A stretch of 64,000 bases of DNA from Octopus vulgaris (GCA_951406725.2 OX597814.1:106888001-106952000); one strand, 5' to 3'. Counted from the stretch's first letter, positions 11,762 through 25,500 are shown. Numbers and translations: made by a program. Notes: generated from the letters alone by a model not told the origin.

Positions 11762-14700
11762 TTTCTTTATTACCCACCAGGGGGCGACACAGAGGGGGAC
11801 ACCACAAGACATGGGGACATAGAACATTACGATTAAATTTATGAAGAATGAGTTATTACATGAAAATAATGATAATATGAAAGCGATGCTAAAGGCCCCA
11901 TCCGTTAGCATCACTTACCTGTCCTTTGGTTTTCACTGTCACTTAAATGTTCATTCCCGATACGAAGACCTTCCATATCCATTCTTACTCCGAAATACTC
12001 CTCCATTTTTTCCACGAATTCATCGCTCATTCTTGTATCTTTCACCTCCCAATTCTCCCTTTCACACCTCAACACAAACTCGTCTATTTTCTTCTTTTCA
12101 ATCACTGCATATCTGGTCTCACCTATTTCATACCATTTATACTCTTCCATTACCCTTTTAACTTCTTTCTGTTCAGTCATAGTACACATGTACGGCCTGG
12201 GTTCGATTTCAAACTCTTGTCTGTCTGTATTATTTTTTTCTTTTGTTTTCTTGTTGGAGGGGAGCGGGTGGGTTCACTGTCTGCAGGGATAGGGTGGGTC
12301 TCAGAGGGTGTGGGTGGTGTTGGGGTGGATTGGTGTTCTATGTTATTTTCTTTTCCTCGTATTCTCCTCTTCCTCTTATTCCCAGCTTCTTTCCATTCCT
12401 GTGAATTCTCTTCTACTGTCTCCTTCTCCTCTGGTTTCTGCTTCTCTCTCTGTGGTTCGGAATCCATTTCTTTCACTGGGGGAGGGCAGTAGGCTCTTAT
12501 GTGACCCCTCAGGCCACACTTGTAACAACGTGGAGCTCCGCCCTCCACCCACACTCTCATGATCACGTCTCCCAATCTGATGCTTTCCGCCAGGTCCACC
12601 AGCACATCGTTCTCTGCCTACACGTTCAGTTCCACTGTTACGCCTCTCCAGCCCTCGGTCTTAACCGAAGCATGGAGGATATCCACTTCCTCCTCGTTGC
12701 CGCTGATCACAGCCGCCACAATCCACTCGGCCTCAACGTTTGGGGGCACTCCCTCCACCCTTACTCGTGTAATCCATCTATTTAGATACGTAGGCAAAAG
12801 TGTTACCTTCTCGGATTTCACCGCCTTCACCGCCATCTTCCTTGCTGCATTCTCACTTTTAAACTGTACCACTACAGTACCATACTTTGATCCTCGAGTC
12901 AGAAAATTAATCTCCTCTTCCGTTCTTCTTAGCGCCTCCTCTATCCACTCCATGTTTACAACTTCTATCTTCTTCCTTTCGCTTGCGAACACCCTGTATA
13001 TGATGGTCCTTTTATCGTACCATTCTTTTCTCGGTTAATATAGGGCGTTACGATTATCAGAAAATAAAAAAAAAATGTGTGTAATAGGTGTAAAACAACT
13101 TCCTATGAACGAATATGAAAAAAAAATTCGCGCACGCGAAAGGGGGGGGGGGGAGAGGCCTCGGAAAATTCACATCGGGAAGTTCCGAAAGCGTCTGAGG
13201 AGCTGACCCGGGCACCAAAACAAATAAAAAATTGTGTAATATGTGTAAAACAACTTGCTCTAAACGAATATGACAAAAAAAAATGCGCTCTCGCGAAAGA
13301 GGGGGTGGGGGAGAGGCCTCGGAAAATTTATATCGGGAATTTCCGAAAGCGTCTGAACCGGGCACAAAAACAAAAACAAAAACAGCGTAATAGGTGTAAA
13401 ACAACTTGCTCTAAATGACTATCATGAAAAAAATTCGCGCTCGCGAAAGGGGGTGGGGGAGAGGCTTCGGAAATTTCACATCTTCAGTCCACGGCCTTTA
13501 AACTAAGAAAAAATAGTGTAATTGGTGTAAAACTACTTGTTCTAAACGAGTATCAAGAACACACACTCACACATGAATCATAAAATCATATTTCGCAAAA
13601 AAAAAAATAAAGAGAAGAAATTCTGGAAAAAGTGAAGAAATGTTGGATCTCCGCCATGTGAATCAAAATACGTGTCAGAAACATCTTGAAATACTACAGA
13701 AATTATGTTACGAAAATGATAATGTATACATACCTCTTTGAGTGGTCCATCGATAATGATGATAAAGAAATGAGTTGGATTTGAACTCAGAATATTGACT
13801 AACACAACTACATACTACAAGACTCAAAATATTCAGCCAAGTCACCACCCTTTAACTAGCAATAATAATAACATCAATAACATAACAGCCAAAAGATTTA
13901 TTTGTTCTGAAAATAACAATCATAGTAAATAAATATGTTCTTTAATATTCACATGCATGTGCACAGTTAAACACACTTACATACAAACAGTCACGCATGC
14001 ATAATACAGAACGGAACACATAAATGAAGGATGCATTACTTAGTATATATTACATCTAGAGAATTTTGATTAATAAGTCAAATATGCAAATTATAAAGAT
14101 AATTAATTGCTTTACTAAACAGTGTTGTAAAGGTGAAAAAATAAATTTGGGAAAAAAATACACGCCAAAATTAATTAATAAAGGATAATTAGGGAAGGAT
14201 TGACACAAAATAATAATTTTTTCTGTCTCTTTTTTTTCTGATAAATGCATCTTAATAAGTGAGAAGAATTGCATATATCTGAACTATTTCAAAGAAAAGC
14301 ATAAATTTAATGTTTAAAATAGCTTTAACCAAGGAATGAGATCCAACATTTCTTCACTTTTTCCAGAATTTCTTCTCTTTATTTACTTTTTTTTTTGCGA
14401 AATATGTACAAAAATACGGAGTTTATGATTCATGTGTGAGTGTGTGTTCTTGATACTCGTTTAGAACAAGTAGTTTTACACCAATTACACTATTTTTTCT
14501 TAGTTTAAAGGCCGTGGACTGAAGATGTGAAATTTCCGAAGCCTCTCCCCCACCCCCTTTCGCGAGCGCGCATTTTTTTCATGATAGTCGTTTAGAGCAA
14601 GTTGTTTTACACCTATTACGCTGTTTTTGTTTTTGTTTTTGTGCCCGGTTCAGACGCTTTCGGAAATTCCCGATATAAATTTTCCGAGGCCTCTCCCCCA

Positions 14701-15327
14701 CCCCTCTTTCGCGAGAGCGCATTTTTTTTTGTCATATTCGTTTAGAGCAAGTTGTTTTACACATATTACACAATTTTTTATTTGTTTTGGTGCCCGGGTC
14801 AGCTCCTCAGACGCTTTCGGAACTTCCCGATGTGAATTTTCCGAGACCTCTCCCCACCCCCTTTCGCGTGCGCGAATTTTTTTTTCATATTCGTTCATAG
14901 GAAGTTGTTTTACACCTATTACACACATTTTTTTTTTTCTGATAATCGTAACGCCCTATATTAACCCTTTTCTCTTGGGTGTCGGTGCTAGTTCGACCTC
15001 ACCGCTGTCCTTCTTCATATATTTCTGGTAACTTGGCAGCTTGGCCAAGTCCACCCCTTTCTCTTCCGCCTTCTTGGTTACACCGGCATAGGTATAACCC
15101 AGCTTCTGGCCCATTTTCCTCACTGCTATTTCCAGCTCCTCCTCAGACGTAGACAAGTCCGATAAAGACTCGAAAACTGCAGTCGTATCTCCCATCAGGT
15201 AGGGGTTGTCCATTTCCTTCTGTCTGACAGACCGAAAACGGCCACCCGAACAGAAAAAGTGTAACTCGTAGAACCAGTGTAAAGCGAAACCGCATCAACG
15301 ACGTTCAAATTTCCACAACAACAACAT
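11762..15327 (-). mobile_element. ORF1-only retroelement, copy C, interrupted by a foldback transposon and slightly 5'-truncated
   Basis: near-identical to B over its 3' ~840 bp; ORF pieces 14956-15213, 12618-12992, 12177-12605, 11911-12189. Confidence 0.85.
13033..14966. mobile_element. non-autonomous foldback DNA transposon, Merlin-like
   Basis: ~620-bp inverted arms starting GGTTAATATAGGGCG, three ~120-bp internal subrepeats per arm, 8-bp TSD CTTTTCTC (13025-13032/14967-14974), empty site seen in copy B. Confidence 0.85.
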
Positions 15328-15330
15328 GAT

Positions 15331-15483
15331 TCTTTATTACCCACCAGGGGGCGACACAGAGGGGGACACCACAAGACATGGGGACATAGAACATTACAAT
15401 TAAATTTATGAAAAATGAGTTATTACATGAAATTAATGATAATATGAAAGCGATGCTAAAGGCCCCATCCGTTAACATCACTT
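15331..15483 (-). mobile_element. ORF1-only retroelement, copy D (3' end only)
   Basis: matches the 3'-terminal ~150 bp of B/C. Confidence 0.8.
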
Positions 15484-15740
15484 ATTTAACATCATTTATT
15501 TAATAATACATTTTTAGAGAGTTACTTCCCTTATATAAACCGAGCGAAAATGCATTAAAAATGCGGAAAAAATTATGGTAATTTTTTTTTTTAATCGTAA
15601 ACTCATCGTAGACGTGCGCTAATACCCAGAAGGGCTCGATATGAATCACGACTATAAGATACCCGCTTTTGGTTACACTGCACCGCAAAATGAGGGAGTA
15701 GTTAGGAATCTAAATCGTAGGAGACAGACACACAACTTCA

Positions 15741-15802
<62 letters not shown>

Positions 15803-15816
15803 CACATCTATATACA

Positions 15817-15875
<59 letters not shown>

Positions 15876-15883
15876 TATATACA

Positions 15884-15919
<36 letters not shown>

Positions 15920-16721
15920 TGAGGGAATATTATTCATAACTTACAGGGGAAAAATTCAATTTAGAAATACTAATTCAAATTTCACGAAATATAATATATA
16001 TATATATATAAAATTAGAAAAAAACACCTTTTATCAATTCAAAATGAACAATTAAATTACACCATCTAGAAAATTACATATAATAGAAATATTAAATATA
16101 AAATAATAATATACCGATGATTAAGTAATGTGCAAAATAATAAATAAATCGTATATATCATGAATTGATAAAAGGTGTTTTTTTTCTAATTTATATATAT
16201 ATATACAGTCTTTTCTGTTGCTTGACCATTAATACCTGCTATATCTCTCTCTCTCTTGCTGCCTTCGAAACACACTGTCACACATACATAGACGCACACA
16301 CACATACATGAAAGCAATTTCTCACACTCAAACACTCTAGCACTCATTCTTAAAATAATTCAAATATAAACACCAGTCATACAGAATACATTCACACTCT
16401 TTGATTTTCCTGTACCCCCCTTCTCCTAACCGGATTCTGACCTTGAACTATCTTAACGGACATTCTCGTCTGCTTTCACCCAGTCTGGCGTCAACGCATA
16501 TAGATAAACAGTTTGTGCCATTTATTCCATGGGCTCCTCGTGAGCGTTTGTCGAAAAGCTTGCTGTGCATTTTGTTGGAGAATTAAGTTCCTGGATTTTC
16601 CTGAAGAGAAGGCTGCAAAATGGACTCCTTATTCAATCCGAATTAGGGACTTTGCAGCCTTTGAAACATATGTAGAAAATAATAAAAAGGAATTTTGTTA
16701 AATCTTCGTTTCTTCCTACAC

Positions 16722-16805
<84 letters not shown>

Positions 16806-16888
16806 GGTCCCGGGTTGATTCGGGGTTAACCACAGTAAATAAGGTACTCAATACATAGTAGAGTAAAATTAATTTATTATATAGAAGG

Positions 16889-16939
16889 AGCTTCTACAGG
16901 ACTAGAACTGTTTCATTCAAGAGAAATCTTCAGGAAGCT
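16889..16939 (-). ncRNA. type I hammerhead ribozyme motif, same repeat family
   Basis: AGCTTC-CTGAAGA-tTTCtcttGAAt-GAAACAG..CTGTA-GAAGCT; the difference in the core is at the free N of CUGANGA. Confidence 0.65.
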
Positions 16940-18872
16940 AGTTAACAAGAATTGTATTGGCATTTATACATTTAGGCATGTTTAAAGGGGTGTTGGTGGG
17001 GGGCTTTTTGGGGGTAGGCATAGCGCAAAATATCATACTTGGGGGAGTGGTCAAGGAGTCAGTGTTAAATTAGATAGAAGAATAAATAAAAAAATATGTA
17101 TGTGTGCGTGTGTGTGTGTGAGTGTGTGTGTGTGTGTGAGCGCGCGCGCGTGTGTATGTGTGTGTGTAGTTCAAATTTACAGAAAACAAACGACGAAGAC
17201 AGGTGAAAGAACAACAAGCAGAGTTTGAAGGTTTTTTAGTTATAGAAATCGACCCCAGGACTTACTCTTTGGAACCCTAGCACTTATTCTATCGGTTTCT
17301 TTTTCCAAAACGCTAAGCTACGGGGACGTGTATATATATATACATATTTGTAGTCATCTTGATTTGTACATTATGTTATTCATCTATTTATTTTTTTACT
17401 CATTATCTATAGGTAAAAGTTTACATAATATTAGCCTGTATACTAAGTTTATATATGTACTTTCTTCAATATATATCTTCACTTTATTTTATGTTATTTA
17501 TTTACCTATATACACTTTTATGCATATGTGGATATATGCATATTAGCATTACTATATATTAGGTGTACCTGTGTATTTATCTGAATTTGTTTTCTATGGT
17601 ATCTATCTATTTATTTAGTCATTTACTTATTTATTTATTTATTTATTTATTTAAATGTAGATATATACATACATATCAATTATTTATTTTAATAATATAT
17701 GGATACATGTATACTAGTTTGTACTTATACTCTATATGTAATTTTAATTATTTCTTCTTATTTATTTTATCACATTTTAATCTTAAGTAATTACAATTAT
17801 TAACTTATAATTAATTTAATTTTTGTTATTTACTTATATACCATTGTATTGGTAAGTCCTCCACTGATATTATTTAATGCCAAATCCTGTTAATTATTAC
17901 ATTTGTATCTATGTGTCCACTGATGCTTAAAAGTATATTTATATATAAGTACTATGAATGTTTACTCGCACGTCATATATGAAAATATACGGTGCGTATG
18001 TGTATGTCTGTTGTTATACATGAGTATTATTATGGGCATGTATATTTGAGTGTAATTCTATTAGTTCGTAGGTTAGGTTCTTTGATGGATAAATATTAGT
18101 ATTATAATGGCATTGGATTTATTATGTAGAAATGATATATATTTATGCTATAAAGAATTTTTTGTCTTGTCTTGTTTGTTTACATATCCCAGAATATTTG
18201 CGTATTTTGACCTCTTACAATTAATCTCTTATAATTTAAATGCTATAAACCGATGTCAATTTAGTATATGTATGTTTCTATGTCTATTGATAGTCAAACA
18301 AAAATGTTTAATCTATACTTTATAACTTAGCGTACATTTGATAATAACAAATTACGGTGAAATCAGTAAACGTAATGTTATGTATTACTATGACTACGGA
18401 AAATACGGTGCCATATGAATTGTGTACCTTATGAAAAATTACATTCTATGTCTTGATATAAATATATGTATCTTTATAATAAATATTTTATGGAAATATG
18501 TGAGTTGATCTTCTTAGTTAATATAGCGGCATTGTTGTCGTTTTGGAGAGGCTTGATGGCTGCATAGTTACGATTATACCTCTTTTATTATTTATTTATT
18601 TATGTGTTTGGCTGTGTTTGTGGATATGTATGTGTATGAGTGTATGTGTGTGTGTATACATATAATTATGTATGTATGTGCGATGGATCTGTGGATGTGC
18701 GTGTGCGTATGTGCGTTTCTTGACTAACTAACCGTAAAATTTCCTTTGTGATTCAAATTTAAAACTATAAGCCAATCGAATCAATCTAGAATAATCAATA
18801 TCAAGCGAACAGAAGAATTAGACTTATAGATATGTAGATGTCCGATTGATGTACTTGGTACAGTCATGGTTG

Positions 18873-18946
<74 letters not shown>

Positions 18947-19272
18947 ATTAATAGTAATTTTTATTGACTTTTGTAGGGTTATAATTTTATGAAGTGAACT
19001 GTGTGTTTTTTATTTTTTATGTATATGTCTGACTTAAATTTAAATGTGAGTGTGCATATATTTTCCTTGAGGTTAGGTATGGAACTAGAAGTCCAATATG
19101 TAGAATAACTGTGTTTGTTAATGTATATTGATATATTTTGTTTATTTTGTATTATTGTATTAATGAGTATATATATATATGTGTAGTATTATGAGTGTCT
19201 ATGCACACGTTTTTATATTTTATATTTTTATATTTATATGTAAAAAAATTTTTTCACACTTATAATAAATTA

Positions 19273-19389
19273 AATTCTCTGAAGAGGCCGTGGGACATCC
19301 TTGTTAATGTCTCATTTATACCTGCCTTATATGGCTTATAGGTTAAATGAGGCATACTTGTCCTTACGGCTGAAACAGCTGTCAGATAT
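19273..19389 (+). ncRNA. Penelope-type minimal hammerhead ribozyme with long stem II
   Basis: TCT-CTGAAGA-GGCCGT...ACGGCT-GAAAC-AGCT-GTC-AGA; palindromic loop III. Confidence 0.7.
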
Positions 19390-19567
19390 GATATAATTAT
19401 ATATTATATTTTATATTTTATATTTATATTTCCTTGTCTAATTATATTTACAATATATTTTGTATAATGCCTTTGCTGTTATGTAATGGTGTAATAAAGT
19501 ATTGATTGGGTATCATTTGATGGTTGATGTTTGATTGATTTAAGTATGTTTCTCCATTTTCTAATTT

Positions 19568-19600
<33 letters not shown>

Positions 19601-19607
<7 letters not shown>

Positions 19608-21057
19608 AATAAAATATATGCATATATATAAACATATATGTACGTACCTACCTCTACATGTACATATACACGCATATATGTGTACAGGACACCAAAAAGA
19701 CGTCGAACACATAGAGAGACGAAAAACATAGACACAAACCAAGGAACAAGACAGGCAAAAAAAAAAAGAGAGATACAGGACAATAAGCACAACGAAAAAT
19801 CCCCTTCTTCAGTCGCTAAAGTTTCATCTACTAAACGTTTCGAAGGATAAAAGCGAGACGTATACTTCGAATGAAAAATTCCTTCCTGCGAAAAGCAAAT
19901 CAATTAAAATTCTGAGATCTTTTCGCAGAGGGGTGAAAAAAAGCAAGACGGTAACGACAGTACAAACATATAAACAGTAAAAAATATATATATAAACAGT
20001 GGAAAAATAAATATATAACAGTGAGAGACAGGACAAGGAGAACAAGATAAGAAGGGCTGTTAACGCCAGACGAAAAAAGTATTGCAAACGCTGGATTATA
20101 GTGGACGACGAGAGAGGAAGATGTCGACCAGTGGCCTTAGAAGGCGGGCGAGAAAGGACAGGATAGCAGTTACGACGGAAGTAACGTCGCAGATGGACGA
20201 CGGGAATGGGGGAGGAGGAGCAAGAGGAAGAGAGAGAAGAAGGGGAATGGTGCGAGGAGACCATGAAGAACAGTGAGGGGGAGAGAGAGAGGAAGAGACA
20301 AGTTAAGTGAGGGAAAAAAGACGAAAAAGGGAATGGGAGAGAAAGAAAGACGAAAAAGGGAATGGGAGAGAAAGAAAGAAAGATGCAGAGTCGCGTGAGA
20401 GTTAATATCAAGGCGAACTTGATAAACAGAACAATCTTACTTAATAGGGTGCGTGCGTTTAGTCGTATAATATGTTAATAAAATATATGCATATATATAA
20501 ACATATATGTACGTACCTACCTCTACATGTACATATACACGCATATATGTGTACAGGACACCAAAAAGACGTCGAACACATAGAGAGACGAAAAACATAG
20601 ACACAAACCAAGGAACAAGACAGGCAAAAAAAAGAGAGATACAGGACAATAAGCACAACGAAAAATCCCCTTCTTCAGTCGCTAAAGTTTCATCTACTAA
20701 ACGTTTCGAAGGATAAAAGCGAGACGTATACTTCGAATGAAAAATTCCTTCCTGCGAAAAGCAAATCAATTAAAATTCTGAGATCTTTTCGCAGAGGGGT
20801 GAAAAAAAGCAAGACGGTAACGACAGTACAAACATATAAACAGTAAAAAATATATATATAAACAGTGGAAAAATAAATATATAACAGTGAGAGACAGGAC
20901 AAGGAGAACAAGATAAGAAGGGCTGTTAACGCCAGACGAAAAAAGTATTGCAAACGCTGGATTATAGTGGACGACGAGAGAGGAAGATGTCGACCAGTGG
21001 CCTTAGAAGGCGGGCGAGAAAGGACAGGATAGCAGTTACGACGGAAGTAACGTCGCA
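19601..21057. repeat. near-identical ~590-bp direct repeats (19601-20191, 20470-21057)
   Basis: direct comparison; duplicated ORF-track peptides. Confidence 0.9.
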
Positions 21058-22168
21058 TATAGGCGTAGGAGTGACTGTGTGACAAGAAGTTTGCTGCCTG
21101 GTCACTAGGTCAAATAGATTTGGACGATGGAAACTGAAAAAAGCCCGTCGTATATACGTGTTTGTGGGCCGGAGGGGGCTAGCTTCGTGCTTGTCCCAGA
21201 CAACCGCTTGTTGACTTCCTTTCCATCCCCGCAGCTTAGAAGTTCGACGAAATTAACCGATAGAATATGTCGAATGACTGAGACAAGTAAATGTTTTTTA
21301 GATATATCGTAGTAATATCTAATGTAGTTGTGGTTTACGACCAGTCAGGACGTTACCATTGGTTTCACACTTTTTATACTCTTAGCAATATAGACGTCTC
21401 CCACTGTTAAGAACGTAAAAGGCGCGAAACCAATGGTGACTCCCTGACAGGCCATACCAGCCACATAGTTTCGGGTTCATTCACACTGCGTGGCACCTTA
21501 GAACCTAGGGTTGGATTCAAAATTCTACCAGGACACCTGATGAAGGCTGGAGAGTAAATCAGCCGAAATTTTGTGGTAGCAACAAACAAGATGAGGACAA
21601 ATATCCGTCCAATGTAAAAAATGTAAATATTGTACAGAATTCCTCATCTCTAAAATATAGAACAATTTATAATTGTTTCAAAAATTCCATGTTGACTTAA
21701 TCTTGCATCGTGTTTTTAAACGACTCCACAATTAATGATGTAGTCATATCCGTTGTACAGATACCCCGTTCATAGAAATGATCCCTCGCAACTCTCTACA
21801 AAAAATAATATGCTGAAGTGTTTGTCTACCGCTTAAATATAGGACATTAATCAATGTTTATAGTGGACGGCACAGCGGTCACGTTTATAAACATGACTGA
21901 AGATAAGTCAAAATGAATTTGCAGAAATAATTGTAAACTATGAAACAAAAATAATAACGCAAACTCCACTTTTCAGTGCTTATTACTTCTGTAATCCCTC
22001 AGAGGAAACATGACTCCTCCTTCACTCCTCTCCACCCTTCATTTATGGTTTGAGAATAATTCTATAATTGTTGTAAACTGGAATGGAACTTACTCTCTTT
22101 CTGCTCACATCCATTTACCATTTAATGCTACTTGCTTTGCATCTTTTAGAGAGATAGATTAGATATAA

Positions 22169-22543
22169 CTAGCAGTATCGCCCGGCGTTGCTCGGGTTTG
22201 TAAGGGAAATAACTATATAAGCATTTATAGCAAAAAAAATGCATTAAAAATGGGAAAAAATGATGGTAATTTTTTTTTTAATCGTTGACTCATCGTAGAC
22301 ATTTTTAGAGAGTTACTTCCCTTATATAATATCGAAAAAATGCATTAAAATGGAAAAAAATGATGGTAATTTTTTTTCAAATCGTAGACTCATCGTAGAC
22401 GCGCGCTAATACCCAGAAGGGCTCGATATGAATCACGACTATAAGATACCCGGTTTTGGTTAAACTGCACCGCAAAATGTGGGAGTAGTTAGGAATCTAA
22501 ATCGTAGGAGACAGACACACAACCTCTCCTTTATATATAAAGA
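22169..22543 (-). mobile_element. non-autonomous Helitron
   Basis: minus strand starts TC and ends in hairpin CCCGAGCAACGCCGGG followed by CTAG, A|T insertion site; partial copy at ~15500-15750. Confidence 0.75.
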
Positions 22544-22947
22544 TAAACTCAAAGAGCAACTAGAAAGTGAAAGTAGTATCTAACTTAGGATGTCTCATAG
22601 ATAGTGGTGGCAATGGTGTTGGAGGTGGTAGATGTGGTTATCATGGCAGTGGTGGTGGTGGTGGTGGTGGTGGTGGTGGTGTAGTGGTGACAGTGGATGT
22701 GTATGATGGCAGCAATTATAGTGTTGGTGTTTTTGTAGAGGTGGTGGTGATGGTGGTGGCGGCAGTGGATGATAATGATAATGATGATGATAGTAGTAGT
22801 AGCATTGATTATGTTAGGATGTCTCATGGATGGTAGTGTTGAAGACATTGCAGAGTGTAGTGGTGGTGAAATTGGTGATTTTGAATATGATGCTGGTATT
22901 GGTCTTGGGGTTGTGGTGGTGGCATTGGAGGTTGTAGTAATGGTTGT

Positions 22948-23047
22948 NNNNNNNNNNNNNNNNNNNNNNNNNNNNNNNNNNNNNNNNNNNNNNNNNNNNN
23001 NNNNNNNNNNNNNNNNNNNNNNNNNNNNNNNNNNNNNNNNNNNNNNN
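22948..23047. other. assembly gap (100 N)
   Basis: run of N. Confidence 1.
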
Positions 23048-23559
23048 TTCTGAATACTTTTATTTTAATAAATGTTGCTTACTGCAAGTTATGGATGATT
23101 CTTTTATGACTTCATTGCTTTCAGGCTTAGCTTAATTTATTTTTGTGCCGGCATCACAAAATGCGCCTGAATGAACATTGCCGGACAGCAAATAGAGACT
23201 CAGACATTGCTTAGAAAATATTTTTCATTTTTAACCTCGTATATAATACGCACTAGGGATTTTGATCTTTAAATTTTGAGGAAAAAAATGCAGATTATAC
23301 TCGAGGATTTACAGTACATATTACATTTGTGATGCTCTTTAAGAAGACCCATTGGTATCTGAGAGGTGGAATTTTGATCATTTTTGAGAACAAACGATGT
23401 ACAAGAAAAGGAGAACAGAAAGTAAATAACAAACAAGAATGCAAGACTATGGAAACCATTTCAGTATTCACAAACCATTACACTTCCAATGGAATTTGAA
23501 AAAATACGCTTCCTGTAACTTCTTCATAATCAAAAAAAAATCACAATCTGGCACATAAA

Positions 23560-23862
23560 AATCACAATCTGAACATGGTCGATGCCAGCACCACCTTGAC
23601 TGGCGTTTGTGCCGGTGGTACATAAAAAGCACCAACTGATCGTGGACGTTGCCAGCCTCCTCTGGCCCCCGTGTCGGTGGCACATAAAAAGCACCTACTA
23701 CACTCACGGAGTGGTTGGTGTTAGGAAGGGCATCCAGCTGTAGAAACACTGCCAGATCAGACTGGAGCCTGATGCAGCCTTCTGGCTTCCCAGACCCCGG
23801 TCGAACCGTCCAACCCATGCTAGCATGGAAAACGGACATTAAACGATGATGATGATGATGAT
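23560..23862 (+). mobile_element. abundant short retroposon/RTE-like 3' end ending (GAT)n; many copies (e.g. 31264-31740, 40290-40737, 45520-45860, 45970-46302)
   Basis: GTTAGGAAGGGCATCCAGCTGTAGAAAC..CCCATGCTAGCATGGAAAACGGACATTAAACGATGATG. Confidence 0.75.
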
Positions 23863-25336
23863 GTTATAAACACAGATTCATCTGAAAGTGGAAGTTGTCC
23901 CCTAATGAGTAACTTCAACAGTGATTAGCATATTCACACTCAAATAGGTTGGAAGGTATTTAGAATATGTCATCGTAGAAAAGAAAAGGAAATTGTCAAA
24001 ATCCTGAGTACGGTGGTTGGTGTTGGCCATTTCACATTATTATTGGCGAGCTGGCAGAATCATTAGCAGGCTACGCAAAATGTTTTGCAGCATTTTGTCC
24101 ATCTTTACATTCTGGGTTCAAATTCCGCCAAGGTTGACTGTGCCTTTCATCCTTTCGGGGTCGATAAATTAAGTACCAGTCAAGTACTGGATCAATGTGA
24201 TCGACTATCTCCCTCCCCACAAATTCCAGGCCTTGTGCCTAAAGTAGAAAGGATTATTATTATTATTATTATTGAGTGAGAGAGCAGTGCATGCCTTCAA
24301 AGTGACACTGAGGTTAAATATACGAAGCCCAATGTACCCATCATGACTACCCATCTCATAAGGGTGCATCAGGCACATGCATCACAACCATAATGTGCGC
24401 GACATGGTGATCTCATATCAAGATAAACAGTACATGACCTTGCAGATGGGGCCCAGTTAGAATTTTCTTCTGGTCAAGTAACCCATCCCACTCAAAAGGT
24501 CCCTGCATAAGGGTTGGTTAAGGATGGTGAACGAACCACCCATGTTTCCAAAGGTGAATTATCCAAACCTCTAAGAATTCCTTCCAACACATGGCTATGA
24601 TGCTCCCCCACTACTTCTGCTCATGATCAGAGTTGCACATATCGTCAGCCACTAAGGGACATGCTCAACTGGTTAAGGTCAAACCTTAACAATAATAATA
24701 ATAATAGTTTATTATTATTATTATTATTAAGCATATTGAGTCTAGCACTGTATTTTTCCTAGCACTCTTCTTTTCATTTTAGTAGGTCGAACGTCCACAT
24801 ACAGCCTCCCTCATTGAGACACTATGGAAATGGTAAACAACACACGTGCCATTTCAAGGAAGAAAGCCAACTCTACAGAAATATTCTGAAACAACTAGCA
24901 AATCTTTTACTAGTAACGATGATTAACAAGTCTAGTGCACACTCTGGTAAAGTGAGTCTAAAAGTGGCCATCTACGGTTATAAATAAACAATTCTTTTAA
25001 AACAGGAAAAATTTAAATTAGAATGAACCGTTTCGGATGTATCACGGTTTCTTATTTCGTCAAATCCGAACATACAAAAAAAGAAAATTGTCAACATTCT
25101 TAGAAAAAATGACGACAGTTTCCAGCTTTGGGGATTTAAGGAATAAGAGTCAACATAAATTTTATATTTTTTTGTATTCGTAAGTGAAAGGTAAAATACC
25201 AATTCGTGGTGGAAGTTAATTAAACAAAAATAATTGAGAGATTTCTTCATAATACATCCCAAGTATTGAGTCCAACGGTTGTTGTTATTCATTTACTTGT
25301 AACCCCAACATCAACATACATATACATACACACACA

Positions 25337-25399
<63 letters not shown>

Positions 25400-25500
25400 T
25401 GTATATGCATGTGTGTATACTGGTGTCACCTCTTACGGTAGACGAGTGTTTTGCAATTTGCAATTAGATGAACTAAAACGATATGATATTCCAAACTCAC

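Noticed and set aside
13033-14966. Foldback insertion as the dsRNA trigger for the hyper-editing
   Set aside because: It sits in the unedited copy C, is absent from B, and does not pair with the ORF sequence
19795-19850. GAAAC..GTA..CTGAAGA on the minus strand as a type II hammerhead (duplicated ~20665-20715)
   Set aside because: No convincing stem I
21533-21578. CTGATGA-aggctg..cagcc-GAAA hammerhead remnant (similar relic ~28466-28495)
   Set aside because: Stem III and cleavage triplet degenerate; probably inactive
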